This document shows positions 29,609 through 38,517 of a stretch of 64,000 nt of DNA, piece by piece. The notes under the pieces were generated by a model. The model made no database searches. It worked only from the letters and a program-made list of their open reading frames with translations, and was not told where the DNA came from. The position numbers and the translations under genes are program-made. The DNA lies in contig CAVRET010000002.1 of the NCBI GenBank assembly GCA_963720265.1, positions 136,704 through 200,703 on the forward strand, in the 5' to 3' direction. Position 1 is the first letter of the stretch; each line of letters begins with the position of its first letter. Origin of the DNA: an uncultured bacterium (GTDB taxonomy: Bacteria; Patescibacteriota; Saccharimonadia; UBA4664).

Positions 29609-30060
29609 CTAAAACGATGAATCAAAAAAATTCTGCCCTGTTTCAAGCGCAACAAGATAATTCTCGACCGGAGGGAAAAGCGGACTAGGCAAATCGTCGA
29701 GAGCAAACCACTGCCAATCCGTTGTCTCTTCGGGCGCGTTATTTTAGTGGGTTCACCCGAAACCCAGTCAGCCACAAAGCTAATATCGACATAGTGTTTC
29801 GGCTTCAATTGGGTAAAATTCATAACACCCAAAAATCTCACATTGCCCACAACAAGCGCATCTCCAGCTTCTTCTGTCAGCTCCCTCAGAGCGCCAGCTT
29901 CAAATGATTCTCCGAGCTCAAGATGACCACCACCGCTGCCCCAATAGTCTTTTCCAAGACCATGCATGCCCTTGCGCTTATGGAGCATTACATATGATTT
30001 GCCATTCTCTTTTTTAAAAACGATAATGCCGACGCCGGCCTTTGGGTACGTTTTATCCAT
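29609..30060 (-). pseudogene. NUDIX hydrolase, frameshifted near 3' end
   Basis: GGHLELGESFEAGALRELTEEAG; native tail NAPEETTDWQWFALDDLPSPLF lies in another frame after A4 run at 29742-29745. Confidence 0.8.
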
Positions 30061-30100
30061 TGCGTTAATATAACAGAAAAGAGCCCCATCGGCTCTTTTG

Positions 30101-30212
30101 TAATACTTATGCTTATTGGTGCTCCATCGTCAGAGATGTTAGAACCAGAATTGTGGAGCTGGGACTGGAGTACTCGTTGCCCAACTATACTACCGCACAG
30201 AGACAAATTTAG
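30101..30212 (+). repeat. Complete attP-like junction, tRNA-Gly array copy B
   Basis: TAATACTTATGCTTA-T (also at 30754 next to the tRNA) + TGGTGC core + arm shared with 28850. Confidence 0.85.
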
Positions 30213-30254
30213 TTTATTGTTTGGTCACTGTTTAGCCTATAACCCAAAAAAAAA

Positions 30255-30710
30255 TTACTTAATGTGCTTCATTATTTCTTGCGCCAAAGCTCGCATTACA
30301 TCATCAGATAATACTACTGAGTGATGCGTGTCATAATGATGTCCAAATTCGGGGTCAGTGAACTCATCCCCCATAAAGTTAACCGGTCTGCTATAGCGTG
30401 GAGCCACACTCCAATGGACATGAGGTATGGCAGGACTAGACTGAAAGGCGTTGTTCATTAAGCATGTCCAGTTAAATAACTCGGGCTGGAACGCTTCTAT
30501 AATTGCCGACTCAAGCTTCTTCACAACACTTGAAAAGTCTAGCCATTCAGTATTCGAAAGCTCACTTAAGTTGCTCTTATGCTGTTTGAGATTTATGAAG
30601 CACTGACCTAGGTAGCCTTGGCTCGGTTCTAAGACCACATCCCATTGCTGCGTTTCCAGAATACTTCGATGACTTCCAAAGAGGAATTTGCAGGTCTTGC
30701 ATCCGTCCAT
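30255..30710 (-). CDS. HIT family protein
   Basis: CKTC N-terminus; PHVHWS (third His replaced). Confidence 0.8.
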   Translation of the reverse strand: MDGCKTCKFLFGSHRSILETQQWDVVLEPSQGYLGQCFINLKQHKSNLSELSNTEWLDFSSVVKKLESAIIEAFQPELFNWTCLMNNAFQSSPAIPHVHWSVAPRYSRPVNFMGDEFTDPEFGHHYDTHHSVVLSDDVMRALAQEIMKHIK

Positions 30711-30769
30711 AATACTGCAATTTTACCAAAAAAGACCCGAGATAGCTCTTTCATAATACTTATGCTTAC

Positions 30770-30843
30770 TGGTGCGGGTAGCGGGAATCGAACCCACCAC
30801 TCAACCTTGGGAAGGTCGCATATTACCGATGTACTATACCCGC
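30770..30843 (-). tRNA. tRNA-Gly(CCC)
   Basis: GCGGGTA acceptor; CGACC-TTCCCAA-GGTTG; CCA end. Confidence 0.95.
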
Positions 30844-30859
30844 ACGTTTAAATAAATCC

Positions 30860-30935
30860 TGGAGCCGATGAGCGGGCTCGAACCGCTGACCTTTGCTTTA
30901 CGAAAGCACTGCTCTACCAACTGAGCTACATCGGC
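30860..30935 (-). tRNA. tRNA-Thr(CGT)
   Basis: GCCGATG acceptor; loop TTCGTAA; ends TCCA. Confidence 0.95.
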
Positions 30936-31053
30936 GCGACGGACCGGCCTGGAGCCAGATTAGCAAAAATACAAAAAAACACCAATAGCCAGCCCGCAAG
31001 CGGCTATCAGTGCCCTTAGAACAAAACCGCGAGGTCCTACCTCGCGCTAGCTC

Positions 31054-31245
31054 TTAGCTGATTCCTTTATATTTGGGGAACCTCTGCTCATAGCGGTCGG
31101 CCAGAAATTCATACTTCTGCTCCAGCGCCCGCCTGGCTTCGTCCGGACTCATGTAGAACACGTCATACAAGTCCTGTTGCTGTGCTTGGATGTTAGAGCT
31201 TTTTATTTTCCGGATCCTGGAACGCCCCACTGTTGTTGCCCTCAT
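31054..31245 (-). CDS. Small hypothetical protein
   Basis: 63-aa ORF. Confidence 0.4.
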   Translation of the reverse strand: MRATTVGRSRIRKIKSSNIQAQQQDLYDVFYMSPDEARRALEQKYEFLADRYEQRFPKYKGIS

Positions 31246-31361
31246 TAATTATCTTGGACTCACAGTATGCCTGTACCCATGCATGCAGGCATTGGCACAG
31301 TTTCCAAAACCGACCCAGCTGAGTCTCAAGTTATTTTGGCGAGACAGCTAAAGCCGCTTGC

Positions 31362-31772
31362 TTAATAGCTCAAATATGAGGTAAAGATATACCCGGTAAG
31401 TCCGTGGTACTCAACTTCCTGCCAATCGGCGTTGCCGCCCGAAAGCAATTGCACCACCGTGTCACCGTTGAGACTGACGAGAATCTGACTCGACGTCGAG
31501 GGCTGGGCGCGCAGGTGCACGAAAGCATTGGTCGTAGCAGTCGGCGCCGAGCTGGCGCTCGGGCTGGGGGTCGGAGTTGGGCTAGGAGTCGCACTTGGCG
31601 TAACCCGCGGCGTTGGCTGGTGTGACGGGCTGGCCATACCTGCGATCGGCTGCGAATCGGTATCATTACTCAAGCTGCCGCGCTGACCCACTGCAAGCGT
31701 TACTTCGGCCAGTCCCGCCGCCATTATCGCCAGGATAAGCGCCCCCACCAAGCTCGCAGCCCACCGGCTCAT
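31362..31772 (-). CDS. Exported SH3b-domain protein
   Basis: Signal/TM, PT/PS linker, VHLRAQPST...WQEV.Y.G.TGYI..SYL. Confidence 0.85.
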   Translation of the reverse strand: MSRWAASLVGALILAIMAAGLAEVTLAVGQRGSLSNDTDSQPIAGMASPSHQPTPRVTPSATPSPTPTPSPSASSAPTATTNAFVHLRAQPSTSSQILVSLNGDTVVQLLSGGNADWQEVEYHGLTGYIFTSYLSY

Positions 31773-31781
31773 GGTTATTCC

Positions 31782-32165
31782 CTACCCGTAAAAGTGGCCA
31801 TACAACCACACAATGGTACCCGCCACCACCACGATGATAACGAGGCCAAGCACAAATTGCAGCACAACCTTCCAGCCACCCCGCTTGGGCGAGGCAGCCG
31901 ACTTAGCCGCTCGCCGTTTTGGTTGAGTGGCGGCCAACTGTTGCTCGGTTGGCGCCTCATAGTTAGCCGCCGACGGGCGCGGTCCCGCCGGGCGCGGACC
32001 CACTGGGCGGGCCCCAACCGGCCTACCCACCGGCCTCGGCTGAGTTGTTGCTGCCCCGGCCTGGCCTGTCGGCCTTGTACCCGCCGGCGCGGCCGTCCGG
32101 CCAAAACTGTCCATACGCCTCGGCCCCATATCGTTCACCCTTCGAGCCGGCTTTTGCTGATCCAC
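31782..32165 (-). CDS. Pro/Arg-rich protein with C-terminal TM
   Basis: Low complexity plus hydrophobic tail. Confidence 0.6.
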   Translation of the reverse strand: MDQQKPARRVNDMGPRRMDSFGRTAAPAGTRPTGQAGAATTQPRPVGRPVGARPVGPRPAGPRPSAANYEAPTEQQLAATQPKRRAAKSAASPKRGGWKVVLQFVLGLVIIVVVAGTIVWLYGHFYG

Positions 32166-32304
32166 GCTGATCCACCCAGGTTATTTACCCAAAATCATAA
32201 CACAAAACGCTAGGCTTGCTTACAAGTCGCTGGTGGGTAGCACCCGAACATGGCCAAAAATCTCACCCACTGCGAGACTATTTAACCATATTTTATCAAC
32301 CCAC

Positions 32305-33033
32305 CTAGCGGTATTCAGGATTTGCAAAGTCAAAATGCGAGCCGGCGTCCCATTTGCTCCGCTGGTTGCCATAGGCCGGCACACCACCGGCCGCTTTGAG
32401 CATTTTCGCCAGATGCATCAGGTTCCATGTCATGAACGTCGTATTGCGATTCGTAAAATCATTCGCAAAGCCCACCTTGCCACCGTGCCCATCGTCGTCA
32501 CCATAACTCGGCCCCGGACCGGCCTCACCAATCCAGCCGGCATCGGCTTGAGGCGGAATCGTATAGCCCAAGTGTTGCAGACTATACAACACATTCATCG
32601 CACAATGCTTAATTCCATCCTCATTTCCGGTAATCAAACACCCACCAACTTTCCCATAGTAGGCATACTGGCCGGCCTCATCGAGCAGGCTCGAACACGC
32701 GTACAGTCGCTCAATCACCTTTTTCATCTGCGAGCTATTGTCACCCAGCCAAATCGGGCCGGCCAGCACCAAAACATCAGCTGCCATCACCTGCTTGTAC
32801 AGCTCCGGCCACTCGTCTCGCTCCCAGCCGTGCTCGCGCATATCCGGGTAAATGCCTGTCGCAATATCCGGATGATCAATCGTCCGGATCACTTCCACGG
32901 TAACACCGTGCTTGCGCATAATCGCCGCACTCACCTCAATCAGCCGCTCGGTATGGCTCTGAGCCGGCGACTTTGTCAGCGTCCCATTAAAATATAGTGC
33001 CTTCATACCGCTAAAATCATATGTTTCTGCCAC
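32305..33033 (-). CDS. Flavodoxin family (NADPH-dependent FMN reductase-like)
   Basis: NGTL..SP..SHT, PIWLG, TGNEDGIKH. Confidence 0.85.
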   Translation of the reverse strand: MAETYDFSGMKALYFNGTLTKSPAQSHTERLIEVSAAIMRKHGVTVEVIRTIDHPDIATGIYPDMREHGWERDEWPELYKQVMAADVLVLAGPIWLGDNSSQMKKVIERLYACSSLLDEAGQYAYYGKVGGCLITGNEDGIKHCAMNVLYSLQHLGYTIPPQADAGWIGEAGPGPSYGDDDGHGGKVGFANDFTNRNTTFMTWNLMHLAKMLKAAGGVPAYGNQRSKWDAGSHFDFANPEYR

Positions 33034-33119
33034 CACCACGTTCCTTTTATAGGAGAACCATATCACGAAGAAGGCCCCTAAAGAGGCACCGTGTCACTAA
33101 AGATGCAATAAACGTGCAT

Positions 33120-34361
33120 TCAGAAATTGTTCGAGTCCCGCTCCCCCGGCCGGCTGGGGCGGTGAGACCGGCGCCAAACCGCCGAACCCAGAACCAGCAT
33201 GATCCCAATCACAACAACGGAACCCGCAATAACCGCTCCTTTGTGAGCGCTGTACGCCGCAGTCAGCGAATTGCGGCTTGTGCGCGGCTGGCCCGATCCG
33301 TTCTGTCCATTGCCGGAACTGCTGCCCGCGGGACCATAGCCGCCGGTGCTATCGCTGCCCACACCCGCACCAGTGCCGGCGGCGGAGCTCGCACTAGGCA
33401 TTGGCGTGGCCGCGCTAGATGTAGTCGAGCTTGACGCAGTAGCGGACGCCCCGGCACCGCTCGCCGATCCACTCGTACCAACCGAAGATGAACGTATAGT
33501 CGGAACCGAAGTTGACGCAGACCCACTATGCACGGGGGCTGGCGTTGGGGTATTCGCGCCCGCGTAACTCCACGCGCGCACGTAGTCTACCTGAACGTTC
33601 GCCGGCGCTACCGTAGAGCTGCCGCTTGAGGTTGTGTTTTGTAAAACCAAATACATTGGTGCGCTGGTAATTCCCGACGCAATCGTGCCAACCTTTACGC
33701 CGTCGTAATAATACGTCACGATTCCCGGCTCCCAATCCGCGCCAAATGTGTGCCACCCAGAGTAATTGCCGCTCGCACAGCCGCCCGGGCCGCCGGACGG
33801 ATCATGAAAATGCCAGCACGCCTGGCCCCCCAACCCCTCCAAAACATCCATCTCCCCGTCAGTCGGCCAATTTTGACCGTCGGTCCACCAGGCCGGCCAG
33901 TTGGCCACACTGCCGTTGCCCGGCAAATACATCCGGGCCTCGACGAATCCGTAGGTGAAGCTAAACAAGCCGTCCGAACGGACCAGCGAGCCGGTATACG
34001 GCTCATTGTGCCCGGCGCAGCTCGACGACTGATGGACGAGGTTAAGGTTGAGCACCCCACCACTCTCCGAAACGTTCGACGAGCTGTAGCACGCATCTTC
34101 GCTCGTATTCACCGGCCCGGTTGTACCAGTTCCAAACCAGCCAGGGATCCACTTGGTAGTATCAAGGCTGCTTCCGTTGAATTCATCGTCAAACACCAAG
34201 TTCCAGTTGCCCGCCGGCCCAATCGGCTGTACCGCAGCCAAGCTGTGCAGCACCACCAACCACCCAGTAGCCACGGATACTACAACGAGCGACACAAGGG
34301 CTGCACCGGTAAACTCCCGGCGTTTCCATATTCTCGCGGGCCTCTTGCGGCGTTTAACCAT
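33120..34361 (-). CDS. Membrane-anchored GH16 glycoside hydrolase
   Basis: WNLVFDDEF, WPAWW, GEMDVLE, VDYVR; Ser/Gly stalk and C-terminal TM. Confidence 0.88.
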   Translation of the reverse strand: MVKRRKRPARIWKRREFTGAALVSLVVVSVATGWLVVLHSLAAVQPIGPAGNWNLVFDDEFNGSSLDTTKWIPGWFGTGTTGPVNTSEDACYSSSNVSESGGVLNLNLVHQSSSCAGHNEPYTGSLVRSDGLFSFTYGFVEARMYLPGNGSVANWPAWWTDGQNWPTDGEMDVLEGLGGQACWHFHDPSGGPGGCASGNYSGWHTFGADWEPGIVTYYYDGVKVGTIASGITSAPMYLVLQNTTSSGSSTVAPANVQVDYVRAWSYAGANTPTPAPVHSGSASTSVPTIRSSSVGTSGSASGAGASATASSSTTSSAATPMPSASSAAGTGAGVGSDSTGGYGPAGSSSGNGQNGSGQPRTSRNSLTAAYSAHKGAVIAGSVVVIGIMLVLGSAVWRRSHRPSRPGERDSNNF

Positions 34362-34468
34362 AACCGTATTATAACCGAGGTCACTGGGTAAAGTTCAACA
34401 ACTTCGGTTACACGTTAAAGATTGTTGTAATTTAATCAACAATCCTTAACAGGCCAACAGATACGTCC

Positions 34469-34936
34469 CTAGCGCCGGTCGTGCCATTCCTTGACAGTCC
34501 GCGGCAACTCCACGCCCACCGAAAACAAAAAGATCACCGTCGTCCCCTTACCCATAAACGCAAACTGCTTGCTAATATCAGCCTTCAGCGCATCTTCGCC
34601 TCCAACCGCCAGCTTGCCCAGATACTGCCCAAAGCTGCCGTGCTCGCGTGCGATCTCCTGCATTTTGGCCGCATTACCCACCACCGCCCGGATCTTGAGC
34701 AAATTACGGATCACTGCCGGGTCCGCCATTAACGCATCAATCTTTTGCTCGTCGTAATCGGTCACGGTAGCAATATCAAACCCATCAAACGCCTGGCGAA
34801 TGCCCGGCCATTTCTTCTCCAATGTCGCCCAATTCAGCCCGGCCGCAAAGACGACCTTGCTCATGCGCTCAAAGTATTCATTGTCATCTTTCGGCTTTTC
34901 AACCGGATGATTATGCCACTCAGAAGGCTTCGGCAT
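34469..34936 (-). CDS. tag: DNA-3-methyladenine glycosylase I family
   Basis: AGLNW...KK...AFDGFD...IRN..KI.A...NA. Confidence 0.8.
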   Translation of the reverse strand: MPKPSEWHNHPVEKPKDDNEYFERMSKVVFAAGLNWATLEKKWPGIRQAFDGFDIATVTDYDEQKIDALMADPAVIRNLLKIRAVVGNAAKMQEIAREHGSFGQYLGKLAVGGEDALKADISKQFAFMGKGTTVIFLFSVGVELPRTVKEWHDRR

Positions 34937-34989
34937 CTCGCACCTCCTTCTTATTTGCAGCCATCATAGCACGGGCGCTCACAAGTAAA

Positions 34990-35013
34990 GCGGCCTTGAT
35001 TACTCAAGGCCGC
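34990..35013. terminator. Terminator-like hairpin, duplicated at 38075-38098
   Basis: GCGGCCTTGA-TTAC-TCAAGGCCGC. Confidence 0.6.
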
Positions 35014-35152
35014 CGGGCTTGGCGGCTCCACAAGGCCCGCCTTGCCCACATCGTCGTCGTGACTACGTAGTAGTAGGCACTTGTACCTCTGCACCCACGT
35101 AGCCGGTTTCGTCACAGCTCGATACCGAGAATCTTATGAGTTGCCCCCAGAG

Positions 35153-35599
35153 TCAGGATGTGTCCCAACGCTTCGCCTCGTCCTCAAGCACCCTAAGCAA
35201 ATCAGCGACCACCACCTCAAGGCCCTCCTGTTGCTCTGCATCGCGCATTGCTTCGTCCAAACCGTCCCAGTACCCCTCAAAGTTGCCTCCGTCTCGGCGG
35301 ACGAGTGCCATTTGTACCATGAGACCAATCTGCGTTCGTGCAGAATCACCGCCGGATCTCTGACTCTCAAGAACCACTTGCTCACCTAGCAGCTGGTAGC
35401 GCGTAAGAAGCTCAGTTACTCCGGCTCCAGAAAGCATGGCATCGACCACCTGACGGCGCAGCTCGGCCAGTTCTTTGGTCTCCGCATAACCAAGCGCCTC
35501 AGGAAGCCTATCGATCTCAGGCTTTGGTTCCATCTCAACACTCCAATCAAGGCGCGATGCCTCTGAAGATCCTAGGTCTGGAGAAGGTTCAGACTCCAT
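35153..35599 (-). CDS. Hypothetical protein
   Basis: 148-aa acidic helical ORF. Confidence 0.55.
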   Translation of the reverse strand: MESEPSPDLGSSEASRLDWSVEMEPKPEIDRLPEALGYAETKELAELRRQVVDAMLSGAGVTELLTRYQLLGEQVVLESQRSGGDSARTQIGLMVQMALVRRDGGNFEGYWDGLDEAMRDAEQQEGLEVVVADLLRVLEDEAKRWDTS

Positions 35600-35697
35600 G
35601 GCCTAATAATACGTTATCCGTACAACGGCGCCAGTCGACTCCATCAACGGTTGGCAATCTCTCAAAAAATGCCTCGTAAAGGCTATAAATAGATCCT

Positions 35698-35750
35698 TGA
35701 CGGGAGCTAGCGAACGATTTTCGAATTATTTTGACTTAATGAAAGTCAAA
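35698..35750 (+). repeat. attP-like arm, tRNA-Asp array copy D1
   Basis: TGACGGGAGCTAGCGAACGATTTTCGAATTATTTTGACTTAA. Confidence 0.8.
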
Positions 35751-35756
35751 TCGTAC

Positions 35757-36665
35757 CCCCTGAATCTAAAAACCTAGCCAACTAGAAAACGAGCGGGCGC
35801 ATACTGTTTCTTGTAAGAGAAAACAAACATGCAACCACTCGCTCTCGAATCACATCATATCGTGGATTTATTTGTCGTCATAGACGACGCCGTAGCAGAA
35901 CCGACCCGGCCGCAGGGTGGCCGGCCAAAACTTGTTCGTGATTCAGAAATCATTACCCTTTTAATCTGGAATTGTATATCGGATACGCGTCAGCGTACCC
36001 TTAAATCCATCTTTCATTGGGCCTTGTTGTACCACCGTCGTGACGTGCCCAGGCTCGGTACATATGGGGCTTTTGTGGCCCATTGCCACCGTCTTTTGCC
36101 TCAACTTCTCGAGCTTTTGGGGCAGATGCTGGTTCCAGCCGAGATCCAGCTAGTAGATTCAACCAGGCTGCCGGTGTGCCGTAACCACCGGGCCGACAGT
36201 TACAAAGTGGCAGCCGGTCTGGCGGGCTGGGGTAAAAACTGGCAGGGCTTTTGGTTTGGATTTAAGTTGCACGCGGCGGTGGACGTGGAAGGGTGGCTTT
36301 CGGCCGTGACCTTTACTCCAGCTGACGTCTACGACGGTCATGTGACGCCCGGGCTGGTACGGCCCGAAACTAAAATTGTAGTGGGCGACAGCCATTACGG
36401 CGACAAAATCGCCCGGGAAAAGCTTTGGCGCGAGCATGGTGTAGTGGTTGTAGCACCGGTTCATTACCGGCAAGTTTCTCGAATTATGGCTTCGTGGCAA
36501 CAAAAACTTCTTGCTGCACGAGTCAAAGTCGAATGCACATTTGACTACTTAAAAGAACATCTGAACTTAGTTAGTTCATTCCCGCGGAGCAAAAACGGCT
36601 ATCTGCTCCATTACGTCAGGATTTTGCTGGGCTACCAGATGGGACGGGGTTTTTAGATTCAGGGG
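35757..36665 (+). mobile_element. IS982-family insertion sequence
   Basis: 18-bp terminal IRs CCCCTGAATCTAAAAACC / GGTTTTTAGATTCAGGGG; TAC on both flanks. Confidence 0.85.
35829..36656 (+). CDS. IS982-family DDE transposase
   Basis: VDSTRLPVC, GFKLH, GDSHY, R.KVECTF..LK. Confidence 0.88.
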   Translation: MQPLALESHHIVDLFVVIDDAVAEPTRPQGGRPKLVRDSEIITLLIWNCISDTRQRTLKSIFHWALLYHRRDVPRLGTYGAFVAHCHRLLPQLLELLGQMLVPAEIQLVDSTRLPVCRNHRADSYKVAAGLAGWGKNWQGFWFGFKLHAAVDVEGWLSAVTFTPADVYDGHVTPGLVRPETKIVVGDSHYGDKIAREKLWREHGVVVVAPVHYRQVSRIMASWQQKLLAARVKVECTFDYLKEHLNLVSSFPRSKNGYLLHYVRILLGYQMGRGF

Positions 36666-36672
36666 TACCAAG

Positions 36673-36709
36673 TTGACATCGATTAGAAATGTGACTACAA
36701 TGTAATCAC
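36673..36709 (+). promoter_or_regulatory. mazEF promoter and palindromic operator
   Basis: TTGACA-17-TACAAT; operator GTGACTACAATGTAATCAC overlaps -10. Confidence 0.75.
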
Positions 36710-36710
36710 T

Positions 36711-36941
36711 ATGAAGGCATCGATTGTCACAATTGGTAATTCCAAAGGAATTCGAATACCTAAGCCACTACTGGAAGAGAGCGGACTTAAAGATAAAGTC
36801 GAAATCACCGCAGTTAAAGGCGAGATAAAAATCGTACCCCTCAAGGAACCAGTCGATCTTAGTTCAGCATTACTCGCCGAAGCAGCTTTAGGTGATTGGA
36901 ACAAGCCAGAAGAGAATGACGCGTGGGCGAATTTGCGGTAA
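36711..36941 (+). CDS. AbrB/MazE-family antitoxin
   Basis: IGNSKGIRIPK. Confidence 0.9.
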   Translation: MKASIVTIGNSKGIRIPKPLLEESGLKDKVEITAVKGEIKIVPLKEPVDLSSALLAEAALGDWNKPEENDAWANLR

Positions 36942-37252
36942 ACGAAGTCGTTTTAGTAATGTTCTCCTTCTCGAATCTCAAGGGACAAAAACTCAGACCC
37001 GCTCTTGTCGTTGCAAAAGCAGAATTTGGCGACTTGATTCTTTGCCAAATAACTTCGAAACCGTACTCAAGCAAAATCGCCATAGAATTGAACGCGAACG
37101 ATTTCGGCGATGGCCAATTGCCAATTACAAGTTATATCAGACCAGACAAACTATTCACTGCAGACCGAACCATTATTGCCAGCAAGGCAGGAACGGTTTC
37201 GGACGACAAATCAGCGAGGGTCACAGAAGCAATCCTCAATCTCTTTGCCTAG
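36923..37252 (+). CDS. PemK/MazF-family toxin
   Basis: F.FSN....K.RPALV, ITS, SYIR..KLFT. Confidence 0.88.
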   Translation: MGEFAVNEVVLVMFSFSNLKGQKLRPALVVAKAEFGDLILCQITSKPYSSKIAIELNANDFGDGQLPITSYIRPDKLFTADRTIIASKAGTVSDDKSARVTEAILNLFA

Positions 37253-37290
37253 AACGATTTTCGAACTATTTTGGCTTAAAGTAGACCAAA
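37252..37290 (+). repeat. attP-like arm (core lost), copy D2
   Basis: GAACGATTTTCGAACTATTTTGGCTTAA. Confidence 0.75.
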
Positions 37291-37304
37291 CTGACGCCAG
37301 TCGC

Positions 37305-37694
37305 TTATTTCGTAGAATCTAAAGTCGTCACTAAGCCAGATGCCAGACTAAGCAAAGGCTGATCTGACGTCATAACCTGCCATTTCTTTAGTTTAGCCAA
37401 GCCTACCAAAGCACAATCAAACGGATCAGAGTGATCAATCTCTACGCTCATCATGCTTGTAAGTTCATCCGCAAAGGGCCTATAGGCCTCTACCCCAAAA
37501 CGATCCAAAAATTCGCTTACCGGAGCATTAATCTCTAATTTTCGAATACGACGCTTAAGTTCAATTTCGAAAAGGGTCAACAAGCTGACAACTAATTCTT
37601 CATCTGCCGAGGCTAGGGTTTGCCTTGATTTTGGACCAAGGCGAGAATCCCCTACCATCCACCAAATCAACACATTGGCGTCAATTAGAATCAA
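37305..37694 (-). CDS. PIN-domain VapC toxin
   Basis: ILIDANVLIW, EI, HSDPFD, TSD. Confidence 0.88.
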   Translation of the reverse strand: MILIDANVLIWWMVGDSRLGPKSRQTLASADEELVVSLLTLFEIELKRRIRKLEINAPVSEFLDRFGVEAYRPFADELTSMMSVEIDHSDPFDCALVGLAKLKKWQVMTSDQPLLSLASGLVTTLDSTK

Positions 37695-37700
37695 TTAAAC

Positions 37701-37949
37701 CTAGCTCTCACCTAACAACGCTTTGGCGACTAACTCATCCGTAGCTTTGCTAAATGCATCATTAGCAACTGATACTTTATCGCTCCAAGCTCCAAAAGCA
37801 TGAGCGCGATCAATTCTCTTCTCGGGCACTTTTGTTATCTTGTACTGCGCCTTCCCACGTGCACCAAAAACGACCTGCTCACCCTGATCGACTTTATTGA
37901 GCAGTTTAGACATATGTGTCTTCGTCTCGTGGATTGACAGAACTTTCAT
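37701..37949 (-). CDS. Phd/YefM-family antitoxin
   Basis: SIHETKTHMSKLL..V..GE.V. Confidence 0.85.
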   Translation of the reverse strand: MKVLSIHETKTHMSKLLNKVDQGEQVVFGARGKAQYKITKVPEKRIDRAHAFGAWSDKVSVANDAFSKATDELVAKALLGES

Positions 37950-37951
37950 AT

Positions 37952-37985
37952 TTCTTAGTCTAATAGGCTAAGAATCCGCAGTCAA
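37952..37985 (-). promoter_or_regulatory. vapBC promoter and operator
   Basis: TTGACT-17-TAGACT on minus strand; palindrome TTCTTAGTCTAATAGGCTAAGAA. Confidence 0.7.
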
Positions 37986-38035
37986 TCGTTGTCACGCCCG
38001 CGCATCTCATAAAACACTCAGGGCTTCACAGAAGT

Positions 38036-38074
38036 GAACAATTTTCGAACTGTTTTGGCTTAATTAAAGCAAAA
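38036..38074 (+). repeat. attP-like arm (core lost), copy D3
   Basis: GAACAATTTTCGAACTGTTTTGGCTTAA. Confidence 0.75.
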
Positions 38075-38099
38075 GCGGCCTTGATAACTCAAGGCCGCT

Positions 38100-38439
38100 G
38101 GGGCTATCAGCTCCACCAGACTGACTCACCCAATCTTCCAGTACAGCCCGAGCACTGACTGCTCACGCCTCTAATTGAGATCGGCGCGCAGCGTGTAATG
38201 AAAGACTACTCGATGCGTTCCCTCTCCGGCAGGCTCGATCGTGGGTGGATCGAAGTGCATGTGCTTCAAGATCTTAGCGTCCCCATCTATGAAGCCTTGG
38301 CCACCAGTCCCACTCGCGTCGGGCTATCGGCGGGCTCGTAGAGGGGCTTGAGATCTCCCATGCCAGCAAACTCGTCCACGATAAAGATAAAAGTGATCGA
38401 CGTGGGAGTCTCCTCGATGGAGGCGCTCAAAATGTTCAT
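38100..38439 (-). pseudogene. Degraded gene remnant
   Basis: AGGAG SD + MNILSASIEETPTS... interrupted by stops/frameshift. Confidence 0.4.
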
Positions 38440-38517
38440 TGCCACTCCTGGTCCACTGAAAGACGCATCACCTGATACGCCCTTAAAATTATAACATAAA
38501 TTTTAGTATAAGTCCAA

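Noticed and set aside
32231-32262. TGGTGGGTAGCACCCGAAC as another att scar
   Set aside because: No matching tRNA adjacent and no second copy found.
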